This document shows positions 38,248 to 64,000 of a stretch of 64,000 bases of DNA, in pieces (position 1 is the stretch's first letter; each line of letters opens with the position of its first letter). Both the position numbers and the translations under genes were made by a program. The DNA is taken from contig NMRA01000172.1 in the NCBI GenBank assembly GCA_002633005.1, positions 486,348-550,347 on the forward strand, written 5' to 3'. Source of the DNA: Phoronis australis (taxonomy: Eukaryota; Animalia; Phoronida). The notes under the pieces are model-generated. The model was not told the DNA's origin, made no database searches, and saw only the letters and a program-made list of their open reading frames with translations.

Positions 38248-38542
38248 NNNNNNNNNNNNNNNNNNNNNNNNNNNNNNNNNNNNNNNNNNNNNNNNNNNNN
38301 NNNNNNNNNNNNNNNNNNNNNNNNNNNNNNNNNNNNNNNNNNNNNNNNNNNNNNNNNNNNNNNNNNNNNNNNNNNNNNNNNNNNNNNNNNNNNNNNNNNN
38401 NNNNNNNNNNNNNNNNNNNNNNNNNNNNNNNNNNNNNNNNNNNNNNNNNNNNNNNNNNNNNNNNNNNNNNNNNNNNNNNNNNNNNNNNNNNNNNNNNNNN
38501 NNNNNNNNNNNNNNNNNNNNNNNNNNNNNNNNNNNNNNNNNN
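38248..38542. other. Assembly gap (N run)
   Basis: Run of N, with the same 17-mer ccccgcctataaagtag on both sides. Confidence 0.99.
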
Positions 38543-39572
38543 CCCCGCCTATAAAGTAGTGCCTCCTCTCCCTTGTGGCGTGCCGGGGTTGAACTGGTTG
38601 ACCGATGTTTACTTATTCTAACTGTGACTCTTGTGAAAACGTGCTTTGTGTTATAAGCTGTCTATTGATTCTCAGGCAGTATATATAGAGGCGGCCGGAA
38701 TAAGATTTTTTCGCGACTGGGATCAACGACACCAGAATGCACCTCTGGTCCTCCTGCTCGGCCATCAATTCATTGGTGCACAAACCGACACGCCATGACA
38801 AGAAAATTAAACTTGTAACTTCCTGAGCAATAACAAACTGACGAGTTCTTTCGAAGCCTAGGCATCGTTAAATTAAGTGACTGCGGGGAAAATTCGGACT
38901 ACTTAATTTTATAACGGTAAGTTGTATAAACGAATTGTGGTGGAACGCATGTACTACCATCATGCCTTTGATCGGCCAAAATTCAGTACTTAGTTCCTCC
39001 GCTCTGGTTCTTTTCTTTCTGGCGAAAGGCGGCTAGCGGCAATTTCGTATCGCAAATCAATAGCTAATTGTGATTGTGTGCTTTTATGCAATGCATGGCG
39101 ATGGAAAAAAATTGCCAATATATGGTTAGGATTCATGTTGTCAAAATCTTGATACCTTTCAGTTTTTGGCAATAGTCTAGCTGATATATCGTGATATAGT
39201 TTGATGCCCGTTATTCAGTGGAGAAAAATGGTTCTCGAAATTCGGACACGTTATATCAGAACATTACCCCTTTTCAATACCTTAACATACTTTTTACCAA
39301 AAAATGAGGTTCAGTGCCAACCAGTGCTACGTTGTCAAATAAAGTGTTCATTTACTCTGTGTACTTAGTCTTGTCTTTTGTATTAATTCCTTCACATATT
39401 TGTCGATAATAGAATCTGCGTTAATGCTTTTGTTCACTGAACTGTCACATACACTAATGGAAAATAAGGATTACTTACTTTCTCGCGAAGACTGTTTTAG
39501 TCCAGTCACAGTGAGGCAACTGAGCCAACGCGACACGGAACATGCACCAGATGTCGCTTTTTAGAAGTTTCG

Positions 39573-39582
39573 GTCACATGAC
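39573..39582. promoter_or_regulatory. CLEAR/M-box-like E-box (GTCACATGAC) just upstream of the VPS35 ATG
   Basis: Near-palindromic GGTCACATGACC ending about 17 nt before the ATG at 39600. It fits MiT/TFE or USF site consensus. Confidence 0.45.
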
Positions 39583-39599
39583 CCAGAAGTGTATCCAAA

Positions 39600-51904
<12,305 letters not shown>

Positions 51905-54606
51905 ACTTTTGGAACGTGAATGTATTTGATGTGAGTGCATCTCAGTGGTGTACGACACAAGGATTCCTGCATGCGATAAGACAAAGAACCTTGCTGTTTT
52001 GTGTGTAGGTGTTTTGAACGAAACTTATCCCTTTGTGGGATCGTTGTGTAAAGAGAGAAAAGACGACAGTTTTTGCCTTTCTACGTATAACAATCGTGAC
52101 TTATTCCTAATCTTAAAATTGTTCTTAAAAATTAACTGATAGCAAGATCAGATGAATGTAAAATTAGGTTTATGTAGTACGTTTATTGCAGAAATGTTCA
52201 TCATGTCAGAATTTATGTACTCGATTGTTGGTTGTAATAAAAATTGACATTCAGGATTTAGTTCTGCCAGAGGCAAAGGAGAAAATTTAATTCACATAAT
52301 TATATTCAGAAAGATTAGTTTTAAGTCACTAACATTTGACCTTAAAATTCCCCCAAACTGAAGAGAAATAAACATAAGCAATCCATGTGCTTCACCAAGT
52401 CATGGTGTAATCTTGTAAAGTTTAACCGACTAAATCACTGACAAAAATAATTTAAAAGATGGCTGGATTTATCTCCGCATTACAATGTATAGTTTTTTAT
52501 GGCATATAGTATGGAAGCCAACACTAGCATATACTATCTTCCTAATATTACTGTGCATGTAAGGTAGTTGTCTTCTCTTGGCTTGGTTGCTAGAGTGCAT
52601 AGTCAATGACCTGTCTCTATTTGATGGTGGTTGTTGTCACGGTGATTTTCTGTTCTAGCGCGACACGCTAATCTTTAAAAGTTCAGAATCTGTGAGTTTT
52701 TCATGTCAATTACTGTTTATTCACAACACTCCTGTCAGCATCATTTATTATTCTTTGAGCACTCTGCATACACTATGTTTTTTCTCTTCAAATCTTATTA
52801 CATATTTTACACACTATGCTGTAATAATCATTCGTCTACCAGCCATCCACAACTGTATCATCAAAACCCCTTGATGGATATTCGTGAAATTTGGCAGACA
52901 TGTTGCTATACAGATGGGACGGCACAAGTGAATTTTTTGGACTACCATTATACCCCCTAGTGGCATTTCTTTACATTGGTTCATATAATTATGTTAGTTC
53001 CTTCATGGTAATGTATTTAATATGGAGAAGCTGACATCTCCATTTCAGATGGATTTTATGTAATCTGTGCCTCCTAGTGGCCATTTTGGTGTCGTTTTGG
53101 CATCACTTCTCTATCTGCCAAACTGCTCAAAGGATCATTGTCATTGTGAAATCACTAAGATGAGCACAGCTGGTGATGATTTTGAGACAGGTCGAACTAC
53201 AGTAGCACCCTAGAGTATCAAACTTGTTTTTGCCTGGCTTATAAGTTCCTTGAAGGAGCTTCATGTCATTGGTTGCATGTGTTTCAGTCGAGTATGTCAG
53301 ACATTGGTTTGATATTGGCAAGTCTTGTGACTTGTCTCCCAAGTGCCAATTTTGGTTTCCGTTGCATTTCTTTTAGCAAATTCTTTCATGGATGTTCACG
53401 AAATTTAGCAAAATACATTTCTACCGAAGAGACAACAGCACTCGTCTTGGTTCAGACTGGACTTATGTTATGTGCCCCTACTGGACTTTTTTGTTTTGCG
53501 TTAGGATCTCTTGTTAAATTGCACTTGAAGCATTCTTTTGCAGTGCACTCATGGACACATTCCATTGCTCTCGTACATTTTTTTAATCAAATATCATGGG
53601 TTGTGTGCAGACAAGTACATGTACACCAGTTCTACATTTATGGGCATCAGTGTGTTTGATGGGGCTGTAACCAATTAGACAGTTACTTTTCAAAGAAGGA
53701 GATTACCATCATGTAGTGCTCATCAAGAGCCTCATATTGCATAATATTGGTCATTTTAAAACCGTTTGCATCAGCATTTCAATGTAACCTATGCTACCAA
53801 TACGACTCGGATTACTTTTTGTTATGAATCATTCATTTCACTGCAAGGTCTGCGAACCCAGACCAGTTCACAGGAATCTGCATAACTTGCTGCATCATAA
53901 TTCTACCTTCGTTTTTACCTGCTCTCACCTTTCCAAATTTTAGTTGACAACATTCTTGCAATCATGAGCATTAATATATAATTAATATCCCATAACTAAT
54001 TAGTAAGAGATTAATAAACTGGAAAATATCAACAGTGAAGAAATAATTGCAGACAGTCTGGGACTTGTACCAGACGTGCACAAGCCGTTCATGTGGGCCC
54101 ATTGCACTCATCACCTTGTGAAGGACAGCAATGTATTATTAATGCTTTCGTGAGTGCAATCGATGTAACGCAGTAAGGTCAATAAAAATATAATATATTT
54201 CATATCTTGAGCACAAGCTTGCCAAAGGACTATTAAAAATACAGTCCCATAACACTGGATACCAGTGCAATTTGTCTAAGCATATCACAAAAACATTTTA
54301 CTTGCAATGTGTGTTTATACAACCAACACAAAAGCTTATAAAAGAAACCAAACCACAATTAAAGCACAGACATCATCAATACTGAATGTATAACATATTT
54401 CTATCTTATCACAAAAGTTTAACAAATGTAAACATGAATCTTCACACTAGTTTCTAAATTGCAAATATTAAAAGCAATTGCTTTTAGAAACCATGCTGTT
54501 GCATCCGTATGTGACCTGGATAGTGTACGCCTGAGTATACAATAAAACGGAAGTTACAATTATAGTCCTCATCTTCACAGACTTCTGACTTCACAAGCTT
54601 CTAACT

Positions 54607-57600
54607 TTACCATTTGATCTTCCCCGGAATATATTTATCAATGAGCTCTTGATAGTAAGGCTTGATAGCAGCAACATCGGGCAGTTCATCTGTCTTGGAA
54701 TAGAGGTCAAATTTGCTGAAAGTTAAACCAAAAATAGCCAATGAGTATAATTAAAACCCATCACAATTCAAATTTAAATTATTTAGTATTCTTATTAATA
54801 ATTATTTATAAAATGGTATTAACATATTAATTAACACTCATACCTATGAATGAAACATGAACACGTTAAGAAGTTGTGGCTATCTGCGTTGCGTTGAATA
54901 AACTTAACCTTGATTTAGACCCGCTATAAAACTGGTCTCAACTTGTTCCTTCTGACATGAGAAGTGATTTTAGACCTTACAAAGAACTGACAGCTCGTTG
55001 CTCAGCAAATAAAATGACAATATGAGACAAAAGGAGACGAATTTGAGACCAATTTCAAAATGAAAAAACTCACCAGTAATGTTGCTTATTAAATGACAAC
55101 GAAAAGATAACTTTACTTGTCTTTGAGATTTCACCTTAAACACGCACATCAAATGAAACTTGGTCATCTTTTTACCCTTGTTTTACTATCGATGTATCTT
55201 TTGCAAAATTTTACTAAAAAAGGCAAAGTCACATGACCCAATTTAATAATGGGATATTGGTAAAAAGTTAAAATTCAAATTCTACAGGGTTTCTACTTAT
55301 TCTGAAACTATGTGTTCTAACTGTGTTATAATCTATAATTCTGTAAATACTTTCACTCAATACACAGGCTTGTTGATATAGTCCTTCATAATTTTAACAC
55401 AGCCAAAGCCCTGCCACACCACTGCTACAAATAAACATGTCCAAGGCAGTTCTGTGACACAAAACGAGAATGTCTTTTCATATTACAAGAAGAGTGATAG
55501 TAGACACATAGCTTATAACCATGTGACAACATGCTATGCAATTAAGCAGGATTGTTGAGACGGAATCAGAATGCTGTCACTTCCTGCGGACAGACTGGTG
55601 TCAATAAACATTTGATTTGTCTGAGACAGGTTTGACGATATTTACCAAGGTCAAATTTAGTGGACAAAACCACATGCCAAGGGTCCATACAAAACTCGAA
55701 ATGGCCGGTGACTTTTGCCTAAACTGTAGGTACTGGTATCAGCAGAAAACAATAACTGTATAATTACACAGTATGACCATTCTAGTATTGCAAACATATT
55801 CCACCCCTGGGCATTCTACCTCTTACTAACTGGAGACCAACAGGTAGACATTTAACAACTTTGTGTGCACCAGTGCATTGTAAACACAACAGCCACCACA
55901 GTAGAATCTGTGCTTCGCGGGCACCATACTCACTTGAACTCCAGCACCCAGTTGAGCATTTCATTGTCTTTGTTATTACACAAGTAGTTGTAATCACCAC
56001 CTGTGTGCCAGGGATAGAACGAGTGATAGCGGATCATGTAGTAGGCCTCCTCAGGTAGCGTGCAGCCAGCGTTCTTCAGCACCTGATACATATACTCTGT
56101 AAGGGTAATAGGTTGTGACTTAGTGACTGGAAAGCAGGCACAAGTTAACAAGTGCAGTGAGAAGAGTTGCTAGTAATGATCACAGTGCTTTCCAATATTT
56201 TTCCATAAATGGCTTAATATTCTGCATTTAAATGTTCCTAGGCAACTAATTGCATCCATGCGCTTTTATTCGGAATTTCACGATATTTGTAAAATATAAC
56301 ACACTAATATAGTAAAATATCACCAATTTTGGACATGATATTCAAAAATTGTATTTTTTCATTTTTCACCAATAGTTGGTATAACCTCCCCACACATATA
56401 TTTTAAGAACTACATGGTATGATGCAAGTTATTCAGTAGAGAAAACTGGTGCTCAAAAATCAGGCACGTTACATCCGACCACTTGCCATTTTTCGAAGTA
56501 TCGTTGCTGTTGGTAGCTATGGTGCAGAACTTGAACATCGCACAGCATCATTCTGGTGCTACATATCTCTTAGGAAGAAATGAGAAAATAAAATTCCAAT
56601 TGTCCACCATACTGTGTCCTAAATTGGTGAGATTTTGTCAGACGTAGTTTTTCAACAATGGGATATGTGCAAAAAGTATACAAGAGAAGATATTGAGTTC
56701 AGATTATACCTTTTCAAAGATTTAGATAGTAGGACCTATGGTTCTAATTTCAGAAAAATCTCCTCTGACCGTTTTATTTTCAAGGTGTGTTCCACTCCAA
56801 CCTGGTATGCTTTTATGTTTGATGAGCACAAGTTATACCAGGCCATACGATTTGACCAAATACGTGCATTTTATGTTGTCAAAACATAGGAACTTTAACA
56901 TTCCTGTAGGACTACACACCAGTGATCAAATGTTGCGACCATGAATTCAGTCAACCAAAAAGCATCATCATCTTTCCAGCCCCAACAAGCAATAGGTTCC
57001 ACAACCATACAAAAACGAGATTTGTGTCGATACATGTTAAAGCCAGTGCAGTTACCGTACTCGAAAATTAATGTAATCAGTGAAAAGAAAAGGTTAACAA
57101 GCGCAACGCTCACAGTGAAATGTAATGCATGCAATATGTGTCTTAGGGCCACTAGAAGGGGCCGCAGTAGTCGAATCAGCCTAAAAATCAAAATGCGCTG
57201 GAGCAATCTCATCATATACTGTGTCACTAGTTTCAATGAAATCCATCAATCGGTTCTTTAGATATCCCAAAACCCTCATTTCCCAAACAACACTTGAAAA
57301 GCCTTTGTTGAGAATAAAATAACAACTAGGAGGTGCTGCACTAGTCAACATTCATTCGGTAACCCTTCAATCGATTCTCTACATTATCTGGAAATGCTCT
57401 CAAACGAAACAGCCACTAGGAGGCACTGCAGTGGACAAATCTGCCCGGAAATCAAATGGTGCTGGGGCATTCACATGATATACCTACGTATCGAGTTCCA
57501 TAAGATTGAACTCTTCCAATCTCTAGATATCATCCGAAAATGCTCTTCTCCCCAAAACAACACTTGAAAAGACCCTCATTGAAGTTTCACTGAAATCAGT

Positions 57601-60600
57601 CGATCCGTTCTCTAGACATCATCCGAAAATGTTCATCCCTAAAATACAGTCAGGGGGCAGGGCCTATTGAAAAGTGATATGAACTGTTCTAATGATGCCC
57701 TATACCCGTGTGCCAAACTTCACCAAAATCTGACCAGGGGGTTATTGAGATATTGAGCAAAAACACGGATGCCCGAACACAGAGGCGACAGTATGCAACC
57801 ACATAATTATAAATATGTGTGGGCGCATAAAAATAAAGTAATGCCAAAGTGTTCAAGTCGAACTGATCAAAAATTACCATCATGTCCCCACGACATCATA
57901 ACACTATCCAAACCACAGTTTTCTTCATATATTCCAAGCTTGGAGCTTTAACAAGAAATTAGAATGATACAAACAAAGCAATTTTCACAACGTAAAACAG
58001 ACACCAACAATAGCTTTGAGTGCACATTATCTCCACAGAAAAAACTATTCAGTGTTTTGTTTACAATATATTTCATAAATGAACGCATCAAGCCAAGTGT
58101 AGAGGTCTTCAGCTTATCACAACCGCAAGAAAAAAAAGGAGAAACTGAGAGGACAAGAAAAAATGAAAATCTTGCGACGAAAATCTTTAATTAATAAGGC
58201 ATGATTCAAAACACAGTCACGTACTTGTAAGCTGGATTTTTGTAGTCTGGGTTTTCAGTGAAGCTCTTCTTTCCAAACACAATTTTGTCAGAGAAGGCAC
58301 AACCAACAGGAAAAGTGTCGCCCACCACAGCCCACTGAAAGTAACACCATTCAAAGGCTAGACGAATAATGCTGTAACTGAAGTTTTAATTTTTGAAAAA
58401 TGAACTTGTAAGACAAACTCAATGAGATAGACAGAGCATAAATTAAAATTAAATTCAATTCTACTCACCTGACTGCAAATGGGTAGAGGGTGCATTACAT
58501 TTTGTTTGCAGACTAGTGAACGGTTTTTATCTCAGTAGTAAAAACAAAAAATAATTTTTTGCAAAATAAAAAGTTAGAACCGCACATAAAATATTTTACA
58601 TGCCAACATACCAATCTCAAAGGGTTAGATGTTAAAATAACAAGTTTGTTTCTCTGACGCAATACCCCTTTATAGACGCTTTTATTGACTATGCCCAGAC
58701 TGGAGCAACACTACAGATAGTAGTACATCAAATCAAGCCCAGCTTGTCAATTGTCAAAAAGTGGGATTTGGACACAGCTTAGGTACATACCTGAGGCTCA
58801 CCAAATAAGGCCATAACCTTTCCCGCATCATGAATCAGCCCAGTGAGTTGAAACCATGGCTTGTCCGGGTGCTTCTCACGGATGCGTTCAGCTGTTTGGT
58901 ACGCATGCACCGAGTTGGGTAAATCTACCTGTTAATACAAAGACAGGGAAAACCAGTTGAAATTCATCTTGGAATTCTGAAAAGTCACAAAGAGAATGAG
59001 CATGTTTTCATCAATGCTAATTATATCACTTAGTGACTAATAAGTCAATACAGCTTGGAATTCTGGCACATGTATTTGAGCATTTAAGAGCATGTTCGCG
59101 AATGGACCAGGCAGAGGGTGATAAACGCTATGTCATAGATACTCTTTATATTTTGTCTGTGAGATGACACTAGCCCCACTGATTCCAGACCACCTTTATT
59201 TTTTTTCAAAACGCCCCCTTTTGGTTTCCATGGATACTATTTGTTTCCGATAAGTTTTCAGCCTGGCGGCAGTTCAGTTTTAGTAAAATTCCGACAGTTA
59301 CGTTACGCAGTGGAAGTAACGTTGAAATATTGAACCTGTGTTATTGATCAGGTGTGACCTTCGACTACTTTATTCATGAGAATTTAAAAGATTTCAATAA
59401 TTTTTTGTCTGTTTTTAGAGCCACATAAGATGAGTACTTTTAGTGATTTTTGAAACTGTCAAAATTGGCTAAATTCGTATCCCGATATCTCAGCTGGCAC
59501 AGGTTTCAGAACATTTTAGTGCCAACCAATGTGTTGAGCTATTTTAGGTCTACAAAATAAGACAAAAAAATTTCCTGGCGCGAACGGATTTCNCGAGTTC
59601 ATTGCATGGCATACCCCCAAAATAGAGGCTCCCTGATTTCTCCCCCTTAAACAAGGTAAAATGAGATTGGACTTTACTGTTTTGTTTATCATCCCAAAGG
59701 TAACTAAAATGCATAGTATGGTTCAATTCGGTGACATTGGGTTTATCACCCCTCTGGGCATTTTTGCCTGCTGTGAGCCGTACTTCACTCTTAAGTGTTA
59801 ATGGTTAAAAAAGAAATGTCTGTGCTTAAAAGTGAAAATAAAGTCAAAGAGAATAATCACAGCTGCTTTGAACAATTAAAATCTTATCAGATAAGTCAAG
59901 ACATTGACAAAATTAAGTATTCACACCACAAACATTAAAAAAATCAGGCTCTGAATAACAGACAATCCCATAAATCTGGTACAAGTCAGACACGCACAAG
60001 TCACATCTTGGCGTCACTCAAACAACTGTTCTGATTCATGCACTTCTTCATGAAGTTGAATTCCCCCAAACTCAGATAAAATCCTTCAATCCAATAGAAT
60101 TTGACTTATCTAAGTTTTCCTCAACCATACTTACATCGGGATCACTTTCATCCACCAATGCATCTAATGCATCAATGGCCTCCATAATTGACATTTGAGC
60201 GTGATCAAACTTGCCCCACATTGCTCTCTTCTCCTTGACAAACATCACTGATTGGTTCGTATGCATTTGGTAGTACGTGTTCTTAACATGATCTTTCACG
60301 ATCACCTGTCAACATATTGAGGGAAACGTACAGGGGAGATAACTAACAGAAGCGAGTTGAATCATAAATCTCCAACACATGACTAATTTTTACGAATAAG
60401 TGTTGTTACACACCAGAAACTCTGTGGGTCATTATATTACCCCGATGACCTTTTTAAGATCAACAGTCCAATCGAAACACATGTATGCCCAGTTTTTAGC
60501 ACTGCCCATTAAAATCGACAGCATATACAGGAAACTGCGGAACACACTTCATTGATAAACACTATTATAAAATTCTCGAGATACATTTGGCACAACTCCA

Positions 60601-63047
60601 TTTAGGACGTAGAAATTTATGACACCTGTGTCCGCATATGACAGGGGAGCACTTATGCAACTTAAGGCTAGCGTACATTGCAAGTTTATCAAGAGATATC
60701 ACCATCTATTACAAGCAAGCACGTGCGATCTCACAATGTTTCTCTTGCTTGCACACAGCCTGGTTACAGTGATTACACAAAGTAGGATAAGAGATTATAA
60801 TAACGTACTTCCCATATTACAAGTGAGGTTGATCATGATTACACAATGCATCCTCTGAGCTCTGGATTTGTTAAAGAAAATCAAGAAACATTTCTCTGTT
60901 GAAAAATATCACAAAGGAAAAAATTGTGAACAAGGTGCACTTAAGGTAAAAAATGTAAAGATGCTAGGCTTGTTACTATTGATCAAAAATGTTCTTTAAT
61001 TTCAGGCAGACTTTTAAACATTACAGGGTGAATTTTACAAGGTAACCATGCATGATCAAAACCACCCACGACATGGGCCATGGCATTTTGCACAAAAAAT
61101 AGGTTCAACTCAATTGGTTTTAGGTTTTAAGTTTTTAACAAACAAAACAATTTCGAAAAATGACTAGTAAAAGATCAGAAGCACACTAAAGGTGTTCATC
61201 ACTCTTTAAATCGGAAACAATTTGGGGAGTCTTGCCTCTCCCCCCCCACCCACCCAGGACACATTTCTGGTTTAGTCTAGAGCCAGCAGGACTGAACCAG
61301 TCAGTCTGATAATAAACTAACCCACTAACTGAACTCAGCACAAAACTTATGATACGGTAACTATGATAACCCAAAGACTTATCTGCTACGTAAGCATTAG
61401 ACAACATTTTGGCGGGGGTGTGATGGCCATACTGCAGTGTTCTCATGCCCACATGAGTGAAGTTTGATGCACTGCCAGGAATGAGAAGGGCCCATATCTT
61501 ACACTGAATGAAAGTTGAATTATTTCAATCGAGTAACTTACAGGAGCATTTTGCTTCCACTTTTAACACTCGATAATCCTGTTCTTGGTGTACATCTAGT
61601 TTCTTAACCCAAGTCATTCATTCAAAGATGACTGCAATCTCCACTTATTATTGAATGACATGATCCTAATGGAGTACATGGGAGACCTCAAGCAATATTG
61701 CTGATGCAAAACAGCTTTATAGTGCTATATGCCACCTTTCTCTGATTAAAACATCAAAAGTTATACGACCTTATCAAAAATTCTGTGTATTCAGCCAAGA
61801 TAAAATTTTACTCAGTAGAAGCCATTTCCTTAAAGTAGAAATCTTTCAAAATTTCATTTATGACTAAATGCCAATCTTCCAATAACTGTGACATGTTTTA
61901 TTAAACTTTATCAATAGCAGGACATGAATTCATAACATAACAATTAATGGCAAGATGACAAAATTTAGTTATCACGAATGTTCTGGCAAGACGAAATCTC
62001 TAAAACGCCGAATGTTAAAGTTATTTCATTCGTTTTGTTCATAAATTCAACTTCTGAGTTCTTTTGTAAAAATCATCACTGCAAATTTTTAATGAACCCT
62101 CTTGTAAAAGTGAATTCAGCAAACAGGATTTGGACTATATTAGTATTACCTCATCATAATTTCTCAGGAGCTTATTTTCCTCTTTAATGTCAGGTCGGTA
62201 TTCAGATGGATCGAAGATGATGACTTCATTCTGAAGAAAACAAAATGAAACCTGGATCAAGCCTGTGAGCTTTACATGCTGCAATACAATCAATACTAGT
62301 ATGCGGATTTAGACCTCCCTACGGACAACCCCAAAAACAGTCCACAAGCTGTTTTTAAGGCCTCACAGACATTTTTCCTCAAGTGTGCAGTCTCCCCCAT
62401 ACTTGACTTATGACGTACACCCTACCCTAACCCAATGTAAGAACACTATCTTCAAAATACTACAGTCTGCAATTTACTCAAGGACGGGTAGAGTCAGACA
62501 TTAGTCATTATAGTCATTTTTACCACACCGCCGGCGCAAAGCTGTACATTTTACAGCTGTAATTAAGCACCAAGGCTCTCCCAGTAAATCAATACTTTGC
62601 GTGGCATATTCCGCGGACCAGCCAGAAATACAATGAAAATAATCTAGCCTGGATTAACATACGTCAGTCGCCGCGGGATCGAGAACAGTACATCTCGTCA
62701 TCTCGATAGCCTATACTTGCACTGGCACCTGCCAAGGTGCCAGTAATGTGCTCCAGATAGAGGACGTTGTCGCTCAAGTAGTTGACTTTCTTGCGACCAA
62801 TTTTCATAAAAGTGACTTTCACAAGCAAGTTTCCTACAAGTCAGCGGATTCACTTTCTGCACCCTCTGAGTGGGTTACTATCCTCCTGAACTTTCGCACC
62901 TCCTAGTGTCCGTCAAAAAGAAAACAACCCTTGCGCACAGTACCAAGTCCTAAATTAATTGTAAGCAGAGGTCCTTTCTTGGGAGATTTTAAAGCAAATT
63001 GCGTTTCTGAAAAAGAAAATAGGACCAACTAAACTTACTGTTTCCAT
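54607..63047 (-). CDS. MIOX: Inositol oxygenase (myo-inositol oxygenase)
   Basis: Exons: 63039-63047 (MET), 62150-62230 (FDPSEYRPD...LRNYD), 60135-60305 (YYQMHTNQ...LVDESDPD), 58791-58928 ([17 protein letters not shown]...GLIHDAGKV), 58225-58334 ([12 protein letters not shown]), 57878-57945 (MSWGHD), 55934-56096 (EYMYQV...[10 protein letters not shown]), 54607-54715 (KFDLYSK...IKW*). Di-iron ligand motifs are intact. Confidence 0.97.
57190..57790. repeat. Non-autonomous interspersed repeat with internal subrepeats (possibly Helitron-associated); related inverted piece near 52860-53100
   Basis: Recurrent tttcaNtgaaatcNNtcNatc.gtt...agatatc, caacacttgaaaag and ccactaggaggcac motifs. The reverse complement gtgcctcctagtgg is near 53067. 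Family assignment is a guess. Confidence 0.45.
59112..59756. mobile_element. MITE/non-autonomous DNA transposon with ~25-bp terminal inverted repeats in a MIOX intron
   Basis: Left end cagagggtgataaacgctatgtca; right end tgacattgggtttatcacccctctg (reverse complement cagaggggtgataaacccaatgtca). Confidence 0.75.
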
Positions 63048-63609
63048 GATAAAAGCTCGAGCTACCGGTTGTCAACCACTGTTACTGACGTGATGACGTG
63101 CTGAAATTTAGTCGAGCATGACTTATTTGTCAACCCTGGTGTGTTTACAAGAATCTGGTTGGAACTGGTATTAAGGAGCATACATTAAACGTTGATAAAA
63201 AACGACACAGTTTGTACGTCAAGGAAATATAAGCAAGCCATTATAGGCCTAAAAGTTTTCACAATACATATTGTTGAACAATATATTTAATGCAAGTGTT
63301 CTGTGTCTGTTAAAAGGAAAATATAGGTAGTAATTTACTTGCATTGGTTTTCACTGAAATGCTCCCTAAAAACGCAACTCTGAAATAACCAATGGCTATC
63401 AGATTTTATGACACACCTCTTGGCAGTAGTAACTAGGTCGAGGTCGTGAATCAAGTCAGTCATCCACTCAGCGCAGAAAGTAGGCCTTTACACTATTTCG
63501 AAAGTGGCAGAGTACGGTAAAGTGCAGACATTTTAAAATTTCCTCTTTGGTTGCCTTGGATTGGTGGATGACATGCATGCGTGTATACGTTTGCATTCTT
63601 TTAAATTCA

Positions 63610-64000
63610 GTTCATTATAGGCAGTCCTACCGAGATAAACTGTACAAACAAACCAAGACAACCGTGACCCCTCAACACACAATCCTACGCTACATGCCAC
63701 AACAATCTTAAAGTATACAACAAGATTCTCAAAAAAAAACTATTGATTCCGCCAAGCAATCTTACTATTATGACACATTCGAAAAAGGGAAGTCTGACAT
63801 AAATAAAACATGGGATACAATAAAGACAGTTATGAACAACGGCGTTCGAACAAAAAATGACACCCCAGAATGTCTTTTACGTTCAGATAACACTAAAACC
63901 AGTAACCTACCCGAAATGGCAAGTTTATTCAACACCTACTTTACCCAAATCAGCCCATCCCTTTCTGAATCAATAACTATGATAAAAACAAGAATTTCAA
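63610..64000 (+). mobile_element. Decayed LINE ORF2 fragment (endonuclease-RT linker), running off the right edge
   Basis: Frameshifted translation YRDKLYK...LKVYNKILKK.IDSAKQSYY...INKTWDTIKTVMN...MASLFNTYFTQIS, typical of CR1/L2 ORF2. Confidence 0.75.

Noticed and set aside
38211-38621. 136-aa ORF across the N run
   Set aside because: Artefact of translating Ns. The duplicated 17-mer on both flanks suggests overlapping contig ends.

Overview
This is eukaryotic, intron-rich invertebrate-type metazoan DNA. It has spliceosomal introns (one U12-type), LINE and DNA-transposon debris, and single-N and long-N assembly joins, so the prokaryote-style ORF track only shows exon fragments. Splicing by hand gives six genes. 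(1) A minus-strand ankyrin-repeat gene runs off the left edge (exons 204-5898). (2) Its divergently oriented paralog on the plus strand (16 in-phase exons, 11326-31050, ~1600 aa) has ankyrin repeats, a helical/coiled-coil region, a long disordered linker, an IRE1/RNase L-type pseudokinase and a KEN domain. This is an RNase L-like architecture, but both the kinase and the RNase catalytic residues are substituted. (3,4) Two tandem secreted C-type lectin genes, plus a decayed third copy. (5) A complete VPS35 (39600-51904). (6) A complete inositol oxygenase MIOX (54607-63047, minus). The most interesting feature is the head-to-head pair of RNase L-like genes beside the lectin cluster. All calls come from manual reading and remembered family motifs; no searches were run.
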